64,000 nt of DNA from Perna viridis. Taxonomy: Eukaryota. The stretch's first letter is position 1, and each line of letters starts with the position of its first letter. The stretch spans positions 49,296,862 to 49,360,861 of the forward strand of contig CM074511.1 of the NCBI GenBank assembly GCA_037379345.1, written 5' to 3'. The notes beneath the pieces are model-generated. The model was given only the letters and a program-made list of their open reading frames with translations. It was not told the DNA's origin and made no database searches. Positions 37,512 through 52,770 of the stretch are shown one piece after another. The position numbers were made by a program, and so were the translations under genes.

Positions 37512-40239
37512 AATACTAAACATCTTGTGATGAAAAAAAGTAAATCAAAATATTCAAAAATCATATGAAGCCAAAAAGGAAGTTGTCATAATCTGTACTG
37601 ATTACATGACAGACTACATGCTGACTTCCATCCTGTCGTAACTCTACAGCAAAATAAGCCAAATATTTCATAAACAAATTTCTTCCTTTTTCAGACTAGC
37701 TCAGTACAAAAATTAAAACTGAGTAGCTGTATGGCCTTACTAACCCTGTACATTTAGTACAAGTTAAAATTTAAAGATCACTCAGGAGACTGTCTACCTA
37801 ATATGAAAGAAATTCTACTTCAAGAGAAAAAAATGTGTGGTGACAAAACCTTAGTATTTGTAATGATTTGAATTAATATCAAACAATTTCTTTTTAAATA
37901 AAGTAAAAACCATGACAAATAAGGTAAAGTGGTAAATTTCATCAAGGGTTACTTGTGGCATATGGCTAAGAGCAATTGAGATATTGCTTATTCACATCAT
38001 GTCTCCAGATTTCTTATTCAGAGATAAGTAAGGGTGACAGTTTGCAACCACAAGAAGGAATACACTAATAACAGTTTTGGCAGCTGTGTATTAGTGTGAC
38101 AGCTGCATGGTGATAATAAATAAATCCCTATATAGGTATTAACTAGCTGTAGGGTGAACAATTAGTCAAAATGTTACCCAACTCCAGACAATTTAATTCA
38201 TCAACTCTAATAGAGTGACTATACTATAATTCTGCTGGATTTAAAAGCTTCTTCAACAATTGATACTGGTTTTGAACACATTTAATGATTTTCTATGGCC
38301 ACTCTTGTACTAACTTTGAAAAGATGACTTTTTAAACCTTATGTCCAATTTCCTGTTTAAACAATCTTTACAAAACTTCAATGTTAAGTTTGACTAGATA
38401 TCCATTTATTTAAATTCATTGATAATTTCTCAGTACCACCTAGCCAAAAAAAATCTTTGACCTTTCTATTCAAATGGTGCATGAATATACAGATTTGAAT
38501 TCTCCTGAGAAGTATGACCAATATCTATAACATACCAATGTCAAGGACAAATCAACAAAAGTTCACTATTCAGATCTAAAATATCTTTAAAAGAAAATTA
38601 ATTAAGTCATGAATCTGCAATAAATATATAGAAGAATGGGAAAATATGAGGTCTGCATAAGGAACTTTGTATCTTCTTTCAATGGCTTTACACAACTTAA
38701 TTTCATGGTAAATAAGGTAGTCATGTATAGTTTTAGTTCATATGAGGAGTAATACTGAAAGATGAACTTACTGAGTTTTGCTCATGAACTGTGTTCTCAT
38801 AAATTCAATATTCTAAATGAAATTTGGAATGACAAAGTCAATCCATAACAAAAACTTCATCAACTACTAGGTCATAGCAAATGTGCAATAAATTTAAGTT
38901 TTAATAGTCTTGAGTAAAGACACAGACAGAAAGCTAAGATAAAATAAACAGTTTTTTCAAGTCTACAAGTAAAAAACAATGTATTGCCAGTCATAAGTAT
39001 CTCCTTCCCTCTTCCAATCCACAACTGGTTCTGTTGCTAGGTATATAAAGGCACACGTATATCTAAAACCGTCACTATTTTCACAACAAAACTTCAAAAC
39101 ATGAAGTACTAGATTGAATTGTACAATTTTTATCATTATTTCTACTTTAACTTCAACTGAAGAACAACTACTGTATGTGTACTTTAGGTCTTGGACAACA
39201 ATTCCAACCTTTTTATGGCCTGCCACACAAAGTAACCATCATTCATCATTTATCAATAAATTCTATGATTACTTTATCTTTTCAAATCTGATTTCCTAAT
39301 TTCCTTATAAATTCCATTTTTATTTTTTTTTCTCACATATTTAACAAACTGCAATTTATAGCTTATAGAAAGATCAATTATGTGACAACTCATACATAAA
39401 GTCCACTTTCAAAGCCAACATACATAAAGGAAACTTTTATCTCTTCCTACATGTTTGATGTCATTTGAATATATGAAAATTATATTTTAGAACTTAGCAA
39501 TCCTCTAGGAACACTGAAAACAGATAACATTCAGAAATTATACATTTTACTGCTACATTAAAATCCTCTTAGTATAAAGTATTTATTTTTTAAAACTTCA
39601 TGGTTCCCTGAATTTTAAATGCTATTTGGGATAGAGACTTGAAACTACTAATTAAATACTTGAATTGTGACAAATCATTAACCTCGATAAATCTACACCT
39701 GTCAAGGTGTTCACCATGGCGGATGTGAGCCCCCATTTCTGTGTCAAAGATTGGGTGAATGTACTTCTCTTTTCAACCTTGCTATTTCCTTTGTCCCGCC
39801 TCTTCCAATGATCAAAGCTGGAAAATTTTATTTATTTTAGAAACTTACATAAGAAAAGTGTAAATCACTTTGAGACCATGTCAACTTTGTTCATAGTGGC
39901 AGACATTGTGATTAAAATAAAAAAGGTATTAAAAACGGGATATAAAGAAAAGGGTACACTAAGAATCGACACAGGATGTGTTGAATTACAATTGTTAAAA
40001 CAGTGAAATGAAAAGGCCTCTGCCAAAATATGTCAGCAACAAATCCTTTGATTTTAATCTCTCTAATGTGTATATTTGTCTAAGGAAGCCTTTCACATAA
40101 CAGATTAACACTGATTATTGTATTTGTCACTTAGGGCATCCTCAGAATTGTGTAAAAATTTGAACCAATTAACTCATTTTTTCCATTGGATATCAGCAAG
40201 AAAATACTGAAGCATCAATATGGGACAATTTAGATACAT

Positions 40240-40420
40240 CTAAATCCAAGAACATGGTCTAAACATGAAACAAACAGATCTACATACACAATGTACCAAA
40301 CAGAATAAAATATAAGTACATGTAAAAACTGAAGATAAGGAAAACAAGATGTCACACAAAAACTAAAGCTAAAACTAGCAATATGAACTCCTACAAAAAA
40401 CGGGAGTGACATTAGGTGAC
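40240..40420 (-). mobile_element. Diverged relic of the Penelope-like 3' UTR, cut off by a MITE
   Basis: 'tagcaatatgaactcctacaaaaaacgggagtgacattaggtg' resembles 12456-12500 'gagcaactcgaactccactaaaaactgggagcatgaaccaggtg'. Confidence 0.45.
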
Positions 40421-40424
40421 ATAC

Positions 40425-40585
40425 CATACCCGTAGCCAAGGGGGTTTGAATGACCCCCCCTCCCCACCCCCCGGAAACCAACAAGCACTATTAAACTCGG
40501 CATTTAGATTGAAATCTTGATTTGTATGATTCGCGAGTCGATGTAACCCCCCCCCCCCCCTCACAAATTACTACCTACAGGCATG
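40425..40585. mobile_element. ~160-bp MITE with G/C runs
   Basis: Imperfect TIR catacccgtag / ctacaggcatg, with internal G- and C-homopolymers. TSD unclear. Confidence 0.6.
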
Positions 40586-43500
40586 CATAACCAGAATCTA
40601 GTTTGTACCAATAATTGTGTCAAAACACAATGAAAGACCTCTCTGAAAAACAGCCCAGCAAAAATTAACAATGAACACTTTTAAACAGGCGAGCATTATT
40701 TTTTAAGACTTACTAAACTCAGAAATTAATATTGTATAGTAATAATGTTTCAACAAACATAATATATATACTACATTTATTGGTTGGTTTCCACCAGATT
40801 ATAAATGTTTTACTTTCTAAGTAATGCTTTAATGAAAAGGTAATTTGATAAGATAACTTTTATTATAAATGCCAAACTTTAAGCAAATAAATTAATAAAC
40901 TTGCTATCAATGCCTGTCATATCAATGTCCACAGGACAAGCAGCTATCAGACCAGTGGATCAACCATCAGTGAGGCTGCTAACTATTGTGTCACCCACAA
41001 GTGAAAATATGTCAGCCAATGACATGCTTCTATCAGTCAAGAACATGCACTTTAATCAAATCACTGCAATACACATTTGCCAATTATAATTGTCAAATGA
41101 CACATTTATATCAAGCCAGTAGCTACTGAATATTGGATATATATATGATAAAATTTCAGATAATTCTAAGCTTTCCATTTTTTTGTTAATTTTATTGTAG
41201 GGACATTATCTAATGAAATTTTCCATGATTTGACACGTGATCAGAAAAAATCACAGTGTGAAATCATAAAAGTACTGAAATTTAAGTATCGCCATCAGGC
41301 CCAAATAAAAACTCATTGTTTAATGTCTAAACCTATTCATCAATGCCAAGATTTGAATTGCAAATATGGTAAATTCAAAGCTGTTAATTTAGAAAGTAAT
41401 GAATGAATTAAGACTAAAAGTAGGAAGCAAACAGACTTCTTGCAATTTCCTGAGAATCACAGGAGATGGTGCCAAGCTTTAAAGACGTCAGTTAAAGAAA
41501 GTCGAGAGTTCACGTGGTCACATTTTTTATTCCAGCTGATTTTAGTTTTAATGCATTAGATTTGAAATAATTTTGAATATTAAATCTCAACAGGACACAA
41601 ATGTCTCATAAAACAACAAATTTTCACTATCAATGTCAATAATTATTCGTTTTATGGGAAAAAAACATCATGCACTTAAAAACAAACTTAAGTGAATAAA
41701 TAGGGCAATGTTCTAGTATGTACTTTGAATCCTAATGATAACAATTGATAATAGAATAAAAACAATAACAAAACTGAGGAAAGAGGTGCCTGGATGTGGA
41801 GGGAAATCATCCAACAAAAATTATGTCACTTAGAAATGTGACCATGTCATACTTTGTATTCAGTTGTTTGTCTCTTATTGTGCTAATTGTAATTGGGTTT
41901 TTTTACCCTCCAAAATTTTCACACTTAAGCATGCACATTTCTAAGAATATCTTTCTCATAAAAATGATAAATTGGTTAGTTTTACTTAGATTAAAAGATA
42001 CGTTGCATGCACACTTCTAAGAATACTTTAAAAAAAAATACATTGATCCCATGAACAATAAAACATGATATCAGTTTTGATTTGTTTTTGTATAGATGTT
42101 CCATCAGTATATTAAATCAGAGGTAATGTAATTTTGTCAGTGGATAACGTTATAGATTTCTGGGCATCTAAACTGAATATCTGTAAATTTCACCTGATTA
42201 TTAAAACACACCAAGGGATGGATATGATATTTATATACATGTCTTATCACTTTCATTATTTATAGGCAACAGATGGCAAATTGGACTATAAAAGTTTATA
42301 CTAAACTTGAGATTCACTGGGGTGGTCAGTTGATAGAGAATAGGTATTACTAGGGGTCATTTTTACCTAATTTGTCATCTGCGACACTATCTAATGAAAT
42401 CATTGTGAATATAGCCCCTAATATGCCTTTAGAAGTTTTATAGTCTTTTCTAAGTGTTAAGCAAATGTTCTAATTTGTAGAACTTGGTCAGAGGGTAAAG
42501 TTGTGGTTTGGACACCTGCCCGATGGACACATTAGGGGGCCATGATTAAAGGCCAGGCATGTTCTTGGCTCAAAATTGGTCCATGATTTCTAAAGGACCG
42601 CTTAAATGGTATAAATTTGGACAAACAATGTGGTAGAATATTTTTGTCTACTTTTATATTAAAGAATTAACACTTGTGCGAGGGTGTTATGAAAATAAAG
42701 TACGGGACAAATTGTTAATCAAACACAGATAATGAATTGTAATCTAATGTAAATAGTGATTTTAAATGTTTTTATAAAAAATCCATTTAAGATGTTAAGA
42801 CGAAGTGAGTTGAGCTCAAAGAACTTAAGAAAACGACAGACCGCTACCTTATTATTAACATAATTTGAAGGTGTTATAAGCACAAAAATACACAAAGGTG
42901 AAAGTTACCTATTAAATATTTTAACAACAACCAAATAAAGGTGTAAATTGTGTCAAATTGAATGAGACTTTATTCTCCTGATTGTTTACATTCAAAAGCA
43001 CCCCTAGCCTAGCAGGTGACAGTCCTGGTTTCTTTTCATTGTAAACATAAAAACGTAATAAATAAATATCTGCTTTAAATTTGGGTAGGAGTGAACAGAT
43101 AAATTTATACCTATTAAAAATGAAAATATTAGCACTTACTTTATTATTATTTATTTATACAAAATACTGTAACAAGCAGGTGACAGTTTGAGTTTCACTT
43201 CTCAAAAAAATATGAATAACAGTTGCTATTAGGCTGTGACAAATATTTAGTCATTAGAATAAATATTGCGGTCTGCTCCACAGATGCTAGCTTTACATTA
43301 TTCATGTACCAAATTACAGCCCCTGGATGTTTCTGGTCCATTTCACATCAATGGTTCTCAAACATGTCAAGGTTGGATAGAAACATGCTTCTAAAATGCC
43401 AAAAAGCACATGGACTATTTTCTACAACAATTAATAATAGGAAATACTTCAGCCACATAGTTTTATTACTTTGAAATTAAAATAGACTACATATGCAGCC

Positions 43501-46500
43501 ATATAACTTATCATCAATCTTCTTTGGAAATAATAACTAAACACACGTTTGAACCTAAGCACAGAAATCACATTGGATATTTATTAGCATGCATGTATAG
43601 TATGGTCCAGGTATTTTGTAAAAAGCCAGTAACCAAGTGGATCTGAAAGCTTTTTTTGAATCAATACTCAACCTGCCCATTTACCAATAGTAAAAGTTTC
43701 ACAGGTGACAAACAACCAGGAGAAATCAAGCTATTGAAATTCTAAATTTAATAAAATTTCACACAAAAGTTGTTAGTTACAGAGGATTAAGTCCAGTCTA
43801 TAACTTTATAGCCACTCATCAGGTGGAAATAGCCTTTATACAGCTATAAATAGGTTTTACATAACTGTCTCTTCAGGTGATTTCTCAAGTTTGTAGTCAT
43901 GCTGAATAAGCAGTTCTTGTAATACCAAAATTAGTACATGCAAGTCATGTATACTAAAATAATTAAATAGATTCCATTCATATTTCCAATCTAAAATGAA
44001 TGGTAAATAATACATTAGTTCTGAGACAGATAGTACTTTAACATGAATAATGATTAACAGTGATACTTATCAAACCCAAAATAAGCCTGAACTCTGTCTA
44101 TATAATTACTTACATGCAACTCTTATAAATTCTAGAATTATATTTTTTTTTGTCAAATTGCTATTATACTTCTAATTAAATTTAAGAATATTTTCCCACA
44201 TTAATAATTCAAACATAAAAATCTTGGAAAGTGTTATCTTTTTCCTGCATCATAGAAGCTCATTAATTATTGACAATATCCCATGTCACCATAAAATCAC
44301 TTGAGATATCCAAGATGAGATCACAAATAAATATTTGCTCTTAAATCTCGGAATTCAGCATAATCTGCCTATCTAAGGATTACTTTTCTTAGATACAGGA
44401 CTTGGATGTCAGAGAAGAATTATTGGCCAGCAGATTAAATAATATTAATTACAATGACTGGGTAAGATAAATGACTAAGACACATCAGCCTGTCACTTAT
44501 AACACTGGGCTCTTGGTTTTTTTCCGCTTTTTTTCTGCTCATGCTTCATCATTAAAAAAATTCAATATGGTAGGTTACTAGTAGTACAGACATAAGGTGC
44601 TGCATAATAGTCATTCTCCAAAGTATCATGAAAAATTCTGCTACCACCTATATTGATTTTTATTGCATTTTATCAAGCATAAAGTGATCAAGGCCTCGTA
44701 CCCAGATATGTCAAAGCTGGAAGTCAATTATTTATTCTATTTGATGTATTAGAAATCAATTTATCAACTTCAACTGTATATCCAGAACACCAGGATCCAA
44801 ATGTTTGAAAAGCTATATTTTCATTGGTCCAATTCGAAAATTCAAAAGTATTGACCTAAATTGTCTTGGTCATTATTCTTATCATATTACCAGATGCTCA
44901 TTAACTTATTTTGGCCCCTCATTGCTAAATCTAAGTTACAACAATATGATTATGAAATCTTTTTATCAACATAAATGAACCAATGAATGAGTGATTGGTC
45001 CACTAGAGGCTAGTGGTCATTTAGGAGGTAATGAGGTATAAAGCCATAGATAAAATTAGGATTTTTGACATAAATAATCTCACTTGGTGTTAAACAAGCT
45101 ATTCTGACCATTGGATACCCTACTTTAAATTGGATTACATAATGTTATCTAAAATTTTCTACAATAAAAGTTTAAATAAGGCTTGGATGTAAATCCATAA
45201 TATAATCTAACAAATAAAACGAGTTTATTTGAAGTTTACAGTCAATAGTTTCAAAAACTTTTTCATCTGTTATTTTCCAATTACTGTAAACATTGCAGAC
45301 AAGAGGTCCACTTTTCTTCATTGGTCTCAAACCATGGACAGATTTTCAAAACTACAATTTCAATCAAGGGGCTATAGATTTTTTGAAATCAGAAACACAG
45401 AGACAATTAACAAGTTCAGATCAATAAAACAAGCACAGCCTTTAATATTTTGTTTTTATTCATTCTTTAGTTTCTATTAAACATGTCCACCTGCTAGTAT
45501 TCTCACAGACCTATGAACACGGATTTTACCGATCAAGTTGAAACAGTATACGGAATGCATTGTGCCACCCTGTTCAAAACACAATTACTTCTGTGTATCT
45601 AACATATTTGTGTCTAGAGTTTTACACAGAACAAACACCAAAAATTTATACAATTCAATCACATTTTCGATTTAAATGGGTCCTTGCCTTTTATGCTGGC
45701 GTCGCTTTCAACGAATAAACAAATACTTGAAAACTGAGTTGAAAAGTCTTAATAAGTATTTAACCTATTGAAAACCTATATAGATAATCTGAATTAAGTC
45801 TCTGATTCATTGAGATTTGATTATAGCACAGTATAGACAATAAAACACCCAGTCAGTGCAAAGGATCAGATAGTTAACCCATGGAAAGCAATTAATTCAT
45901 CATTTACTTTAACATCAGACACAATGCTATCGTAGATATCAACAAAATTTGAACAGTAGTGGGTAAATTTTCACCCACTAAGATCTGCCATCGAGTCACC
46001 TATACCTGATAAAAATCAGCAAGATTACAATCACATGCTAAGAATATATACGTGTGAACTAAAATCAGTCTCATTTTAGTGACTTTGTAACAAGTTCTTA
46101 AGTTGTAAGTGTCAGCCAAGGCACGCAATTTACAACAATGTGCGTTTTATCAACTTCTTAAATGATTTATTAATTTCTTTTATATGTGACCAGTGATAAA
46201 AAAATCTGATATGCATTATCATATTTCAATGAGCAAGTATGTCAGTCAAGAAAAGTATGAACCTATGGCAAAACATAATAATAAAAGGCAGAAAATAAAA
46301 AGAGATCAGTAATTTTTGAAGAACAAAATCAGTCCATAAAGAATATTAAAGTTCAAACTGTTATATTCTGTTAAGAAATTAGTACTATCACGGGAAATTC
46401 ATTGTTTTCAGGACAACTTTAGTAAAACTGATAGATTTAATGAACTAAATTAGTTCCTAAACATCCTAAATTTTAAACCAAAAAGTCCTTGACCCTTAAC

Positions 46501-46582
46501 ACTGACTGGGACAAAAATCACTATACCAAGAGTTTCAATTGAAGAGTTCAACTACTCTTCTCATGCCCTACAAATCAAATAC

Positions 46583-46643
46583 CTTTAGTGTTTCTATTGT
46601 AAGCTGTGCCAGACATGTCCTGATGCAGGCTTTTCTTTTCATC
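46583..46643 (-). other. Candidate 61-nt exon
   Basis: Minus strand reads tttgtcttgtttcttgcag|GATGAAAAG...CACTAAAG|gtattt. Strong polypyrimidine tract and two open frames. No homology support. Confidence 0.3.
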
Positions 46644-47570
46644 CTGCAAGAAACAAGACAAATATTGTTCTTTAATAAATAATAAAAAAAAAAAATGTTC
46701 TATGTGCTGAACAGCTTTTGGATATCTACGTCAGCCTGTCTGTTGTTCTAAGCTGTACCATGTACAAACTATATGTATAAAATATCATTAAATCTCTATA
46801 ATGTGATTATATTATTCATGTGTTTTTTTCTGACATTAATGAATATGTTATTTATTTGTGTTTTTTAAACAATTACACCTAGCCAAAGGCAGGACAACAC
46901 AATCTGGATGCATGTTCAGTGTTAAAAGTACATGTATAACTGTACGACCATGTACTACATACATGTACATAGCAGAAAAATCAAAGATCAAAAGGAAAGA
47001 GATTACTAAATATGTTCATTTCATGTCTAAGGGGACATTAAATAGTGATAGGATCTTATTTAAAGGACCATAAAACATGGACCAGGCAGAGAGGACTATT
47101 GAAGGAGATAAAAGGGGTATAAAACACAAGTCCTTGTAAAGTATCTAATCGTAAATCAGCAAATAAAAGTCCTAGGGACTAATGTTAACTAATTTTTACA
47201 TCATTTTCTATCATTAGTAAAACCCTCAATAATTCCAAAAATCTTGTGTCCTCAAGGTAGAAGTTATATATGTACCAATACACATCCCTCCCATGCTTAT
47301 AGTGCTAATTAGCTCATTTGAGTGAGAATGACCCATCTTTTGGTTAATATCTTGATAAGAACAGTCCATTATGTGAGGAATTAGATACTCAAATTCATTC
47401 ACATTTTTTAAAAATGGTGTCCTCCTGTTGTCACCCACAGGTCAACTTTAATAGGAAGACTAACCAGAAAAAACTGAGGTCTAGTAAGGAAAACATTAAG
47501 AGAATGACAAACCAGAAAACACAAGTCAAGTAAGAAAGCAGAATTATATATACACCATAAACAAAACACA

Positions 47571-48184
47571 AAGAAGAGGCTCTCAGGAGCCTGAATTGCC
47601 CAACTGGTTGAATTTTGCCTTTCACAGGCAATAAATTTAACAAGAAGTTGTCCAACAATTTTCACTCAAGAAGTCTTTGGTAGGGCTTATCATCAGGATC
47701 ATTTCAACAATTGAAAGTGTCTTTTAATCTATCATAGTTTTCAAGATATTGACTGAAAACTGTTAAATAAGTCATTTTTCCCCTTTCAAGGGCAATAACT
47801 TTTACAAGGAGTCATCTGACAACTTTTATTCCTGAAGACTTTTGTAGTCCTAATAATAAGGATCATTTCAGCTATTGAAAGAATTTGCCTAAACCTAACG
47901 GTTTCGGAGATACATGTGTATGCAAAAAACTCTGTCTGACCCCTATGTTCTATTTTTAGTAATGGTGGCCATGTTTTTTGATGAATCAAACATCCCCACA
48001 TCAGTTCTATGCAGGATACCCAACGAACATTTATACAAAGTTTGGTTCTAATCAGTTTACCAGTTCTCCAGTTTCAGAGGAGAAGAGTTTTGTATAATTG
48101 TTAACGACAAAGATGTACGATGACGACGACAGACGCCAAGTGATGGCAATAGCTCACCTGGCCTTTGGCCAGGTGAGCTAAAAA
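47571..48184 (-). mobile_element. HINE (Helentron-associated non-autonomous element)
   Basis: Terminal palindrome tagctcacctggcc-ttt-ggccaggtgagcta (48150-48180) next to an A-run, plus a (GAC)n tract. The other end has hairpin aggctc-tcag-gagcct and a degenerate subTIR. Homologous to 54681-55589. Confidence 0.85.
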
Positions 48185-51100
48185 TGAAAAAAAATGCCAT
48201 GAACACCATAGGTCAAAAGTCTTTTAGAACTTTCACATCTTCATTAGAAATTAACAGACCAAGACATGTACTCTTTCTACACCCATTTAACCAAATATCT
48301 GATAATTTACCTCCTTTCTAACTTTATACCATATGCTGAAGATTTTAATCACTAACATTCTAGATACTGATTTGTTTACAACTAACTAGGGATATTTAGC
48401 TCCCATTTGTAAATACAAGTAATGACAAAAGTTCCATTTTCTATGTAATTCACTCATCATAACTCAATACAAGTGATTACATTCACATTTTAAATTGTCC
48501 CTGATATGATATAAAATTAACATTGCCATTATCAGTAATAGGCAAAAATTGGTCCCTTTATTTATCAGTTGAGAGCATTTAATTAATGGCATTTAAAAAA
48601 TTGAGAACCATTTTTTATATGACATAACACAATGCGGGTTCTCCTGAGTTCTCAATGGACTACAAATGCTCTGATTAAATAATTGTCGCACAAAATAACA
48701 ATGCCTTTGGGGAATCGAAATGGTGACAGGGTTTATTATGACTATGGAGATAGGCTTCTTCAAACTGAGAGGAAATGGGATTACTATTGATTTTGCTTAA
48801 ACTTGGCAGATGGCAACTAATACTTGGTTCCAAGCTCTGCCATTTTTTTCCAGTTATTTAGCTTGGAAGGAATATCGGACCAACATCATGATTCCTGTTA
48901 ACGAATTCTATTATAATCCTAAATATTTAATTAATTCTTAGGACAGTAATCACATTTAAGATTTATTTAACCATTGATTGCATTCATATGATGATACATC
49001 CCCTTCTTTTAAAGTACAAGAATCCTACAGAAATATTGGTAAATTCAAGTCAATTTCAGTATAAACTTTAACTTCTTAAGCATCTATAAACTTTTAAAAT
49101 TTGTATTCTTTTATGGTAAATAAGGTTGCTAAATGCAAAAAATATGAAATAACCAGACTGATAAATATACAGACTAAGAGAGATAACTCCTACACAAAAT
49201 ACAAACAATACCGACATCTAAATATAGTTTTAATTGGTTACAGGACTGACCAGTTGATTGACATTGTCAATAATAATCAATGTCTACCCTGTAGGATATT
49301 CAGTTCACATCTAGTACAGGGCAATGACTTCATTCTTAGTACAATGACACTATTATAGTACATTTCTAGTCTATTTTTAAAGTGGTCATAATTCTACGGT
49401 TTTTTTTTTTGCTTTTTTTCGTTTAAATTTCAACAAGGAAGGAACATTCAAGTAACCTCCAAAAATATCTCAGTTTTCAAAATAACAAAATAAATTTCTG
49501 TGAATCTTTCAGAGGACACATGATCTCACTTCCTTTAACTATATATATGACACAGTAATAAGCATACATCATTATCAATATATTTTTTTTTTATCACAAG
49601 CCTGATTTGTTTTCCATAAAAAGGATATTGATAGCTGTAGGGGAAGCACAAATGAACAAATCTGTTACAATTTGATGATTATACAAGTAATGAGATGACC
49701 TACTGCACCACTAATCTAACATATAAACCCCAATAACATAGTACAGTCAACTGACATAAATCCAATTAAAGGGGGTATCAAAACTCTATTTGATGTTTGT
49801 ATTGGAGGTAAATTATAATTGATTTGTTTCAGAGCTAATTGTCAGTCAACTAGTCTCTAAGCTGATGGATATAATATCTAACCAAAGTGTACTGATATTG
49901 TATAAGAAGTTATTTAACCGAATATAAGTGCACTTTTAAAATAGTATTATTACAGAATTAATTTCTTAGAGAATCCTCACATGACATAACAGGATGAAAT
50001 ATACAGAGAGGAATTTATTTTGGCAGTACAGAAGCAAGGTGGAAACCTACAAAATTTGTGCTAATTGCCTATTGGAAAAAAAGAATGGTGAATAAGTAGT
50101 AATGGTACACACATGGTTTATCTATTGGTGAACAGAAAATAAACAGGGCATGCATGTAAAATAAATCACTAAAATGTTAATTCTAAACTAAGATAACAGG
50201 GGTCTATAAGGAAACATAACTGTAGGAAGCAATGTGGCAAAGTAATACATGAACATTATTGGAAGTTCTAGGCTAATCACCCCCTTCTTTTCTCCCTCAT
50301 CCAACAATGAGAGGTAAAACCATTGGTGATTGTGGCTTAATATATAGATAACAGTGAATTATCAACCATAGAATGTCCTGGTTTAATAAATTTCTACAAA
50401 TTTACTGTAAAATAAATTCTATACTTTCTCTGATTTTACTGATGAATTGGAATACCAATCCTCCAATCAAAAAATTAAAAATCGACCATAAATTATTTAG
50501 AAAACATATTTAATGAATGAGATAATCAATTTAAGATTATTGTAAATCACTTCCACTGAGAATGAGGATTTTAATTATGCACAGTACAAGGTGCAGAACT
50601 CGTGCACTCGTAAAATCTTGGCATTATTTCACACATGTGATCATATGTTGGTTATTCACTATTACCAATTTCTTGTCTTGAAAGACTTATTCAAAGATGT
50701 CAAGGACATTAAACTCAGGAAATATCAATGTGTTTATTACAGCAGAAAAGATTCAAAATTACCACATCCCTCCTTTAATACTCCGTAAGTTTACCTACCA
50801 TTGTCATTTTCTAAGCCAAAAAAAATGTATAATTGTCAACAATTAGAGTATTATAAATTGACTGTAATGATATTGTCCTACTTACAGAGATATTTACTAT
50901 AATGTTGAATGCCAACGACCAATGTACAGTGGATTATGTGTTAAATAATTAAGTTGTACATCACTAATATTGATGCATGATGAAATGATGATACCAAAAT
51001 TGAAAACCATAAATATTCTGATTTCTTGTACACATCATAATGGCTTTTCCATCTTATATGTCTGTTTAAGTCTATTTTCAGATTGGTGAGGAGAGGATTG

Positions 51101-52720
51101 ACCTACCTGAACTGAGTTTTATGTCAATATTTCCTGAAAACATTTGTATTATATTCATTTTTATATTTTTATTACCACAATTCTAAGCCGAACTAAAAGC
51201 TTCATTTAAAGGAAAGGTATTCAGTAACAAATGTAATAATTAATGATTAAATTGCATGAAAATTATAAAAAAAATTTTAAAAACTGACACATTTACTTCA
51301 ACAAAAACCTCAATTAAATTGAAATGATGGTTACAAAACCTTCCAAAAATCAAGACCTGAAATAGCCCTAAAACCATTATAGAGGCTTGGGTCCCTGATT
51401 GTACCTGGAAAATAGCATGGACAGCTTGAGAGTAAGCATTGCAAGGTAAGGAGATTTGATTTTATTATATTGGCTGTAGGAACAACTTAGGGTGCAGGTT
51501 AGAAGTCATGGGTCCATACAGAGAACAAACATAATTTTGCAAGGTCAACAAACAAAGCCGAAATTCACCAAATTGGAAGTTATATTATACAGGTAAAAAA
51601 AAGGCAACATAATGGTAAAATTTGGATTTAAAAAAATCAGATGAAAAGAAGATGTATGAGAAGCCTTCATTCTATGAATTTGGTTGCCTGTTGAAGTATG
51701 CTCCATTGAATTTATGGCTGAAATATAACCATAACCAAAAGAAAGGTTTTCTCGATTATCAGCAAATTTAAACTTGATCAATTTATAAACATGATGTCAA
51801 CAAACAGCATTCAAGGGTTGAAGGCAAATGATGAAGAACTCTGCCTCTGGTTGTGAGCCTCAGCATTTCATGTTCAATGATCATTGATTCAATTATATTT
51901 ATCAATGATTTATTTACACAGAACAAGATAGCATGGAGGAAAATATTCTCACGTTTCACTAACATCAGCAGATTCATCTTGTACAAGTAGATAACAGTAA
52001 ATATGTGGAACAAGATAGTCATAGCTACTTTCACTTGTAGGCAGAAGATTTGGCAATGTTGGACAATGTTCAAGTTCTACCACTACGATTATCTGACCAT
52101 ATACTTTGGTAAGATGAACCCCAGTACTCGGATTAATACAGTTATATAACAGATAGATTAAAACCTAATGATCCAATTTAATTGGTAATTGATTTTTAGT
52201 TGAAAGCATCTTTACCTTTATGGTGGTGCACAGGAGGTAGCAAAATTGTGGAGTTTTGGATGACAGCAAATTGTAAACTTAGTATGTTGTGGGAACAAAT
52301 CTGTCTGTGTCTAGGTGGGTATTAAAAAGGACTGTGGGGGGCACAAAAAAGAAGTTGTCAATGAAGGCACAAAAATAGAAATTGTCAGAAAGGACACAAG
52401 AACACTGTGTATAATAGATGACCCCATATTGAACTTTCAACCTTAAACATCAAATTATGATGGCATATGGTATTCTCATTAAAATATATTCCATTAAACC
52501 AGTTCCACATTCCAGGCCCACACTGTGTGCTATAAGTCTTACCAGACCATACACTCCTCAACTACCATAGCATAGTTTAATAGAGATAGGAGAATAAGTA
52601 TCAGTAACTTGTGTGATTTCATCATTACTATGAATTGTTTACTTAAAAAGAGGGCAATGATTCTTTTATGAAAGTTTTATATCTCTCTATTACTCCCAAT
52701 AAAATATGATAACAACTTAC

Positions 52721-52770
52721 CAGAAAGCCACAAGAATCATCACTTCAAAGATGTTTCTGACTTTCTCACA
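52721..52770 (-). other. Candidate 50-nt exon (CEKVRNIFEVMILVAF)
   Basis: Minus strand reads ccttttcgttag|TGTGAGAAA...GCTTTCTG|gtaagt. No homology support. Confidence 0.2.

Noticed and set aside
43805-43830. Hammerhead ribozyme core CTGATGA on the minus strand (also at ~7301, 34762, 50439 and 55286)
   Set aside because: No stem II followed by GAAA and no stem I/III pairing could be built at any of these sites.
51545-52073. Two adjacent minus-strand ORFs (78 and 96 aa)
   Set aside because: They have non-ATG starts, composition typical of AT-rich non-coding DNA, and no recognisable motif or convincing splice boundaries.
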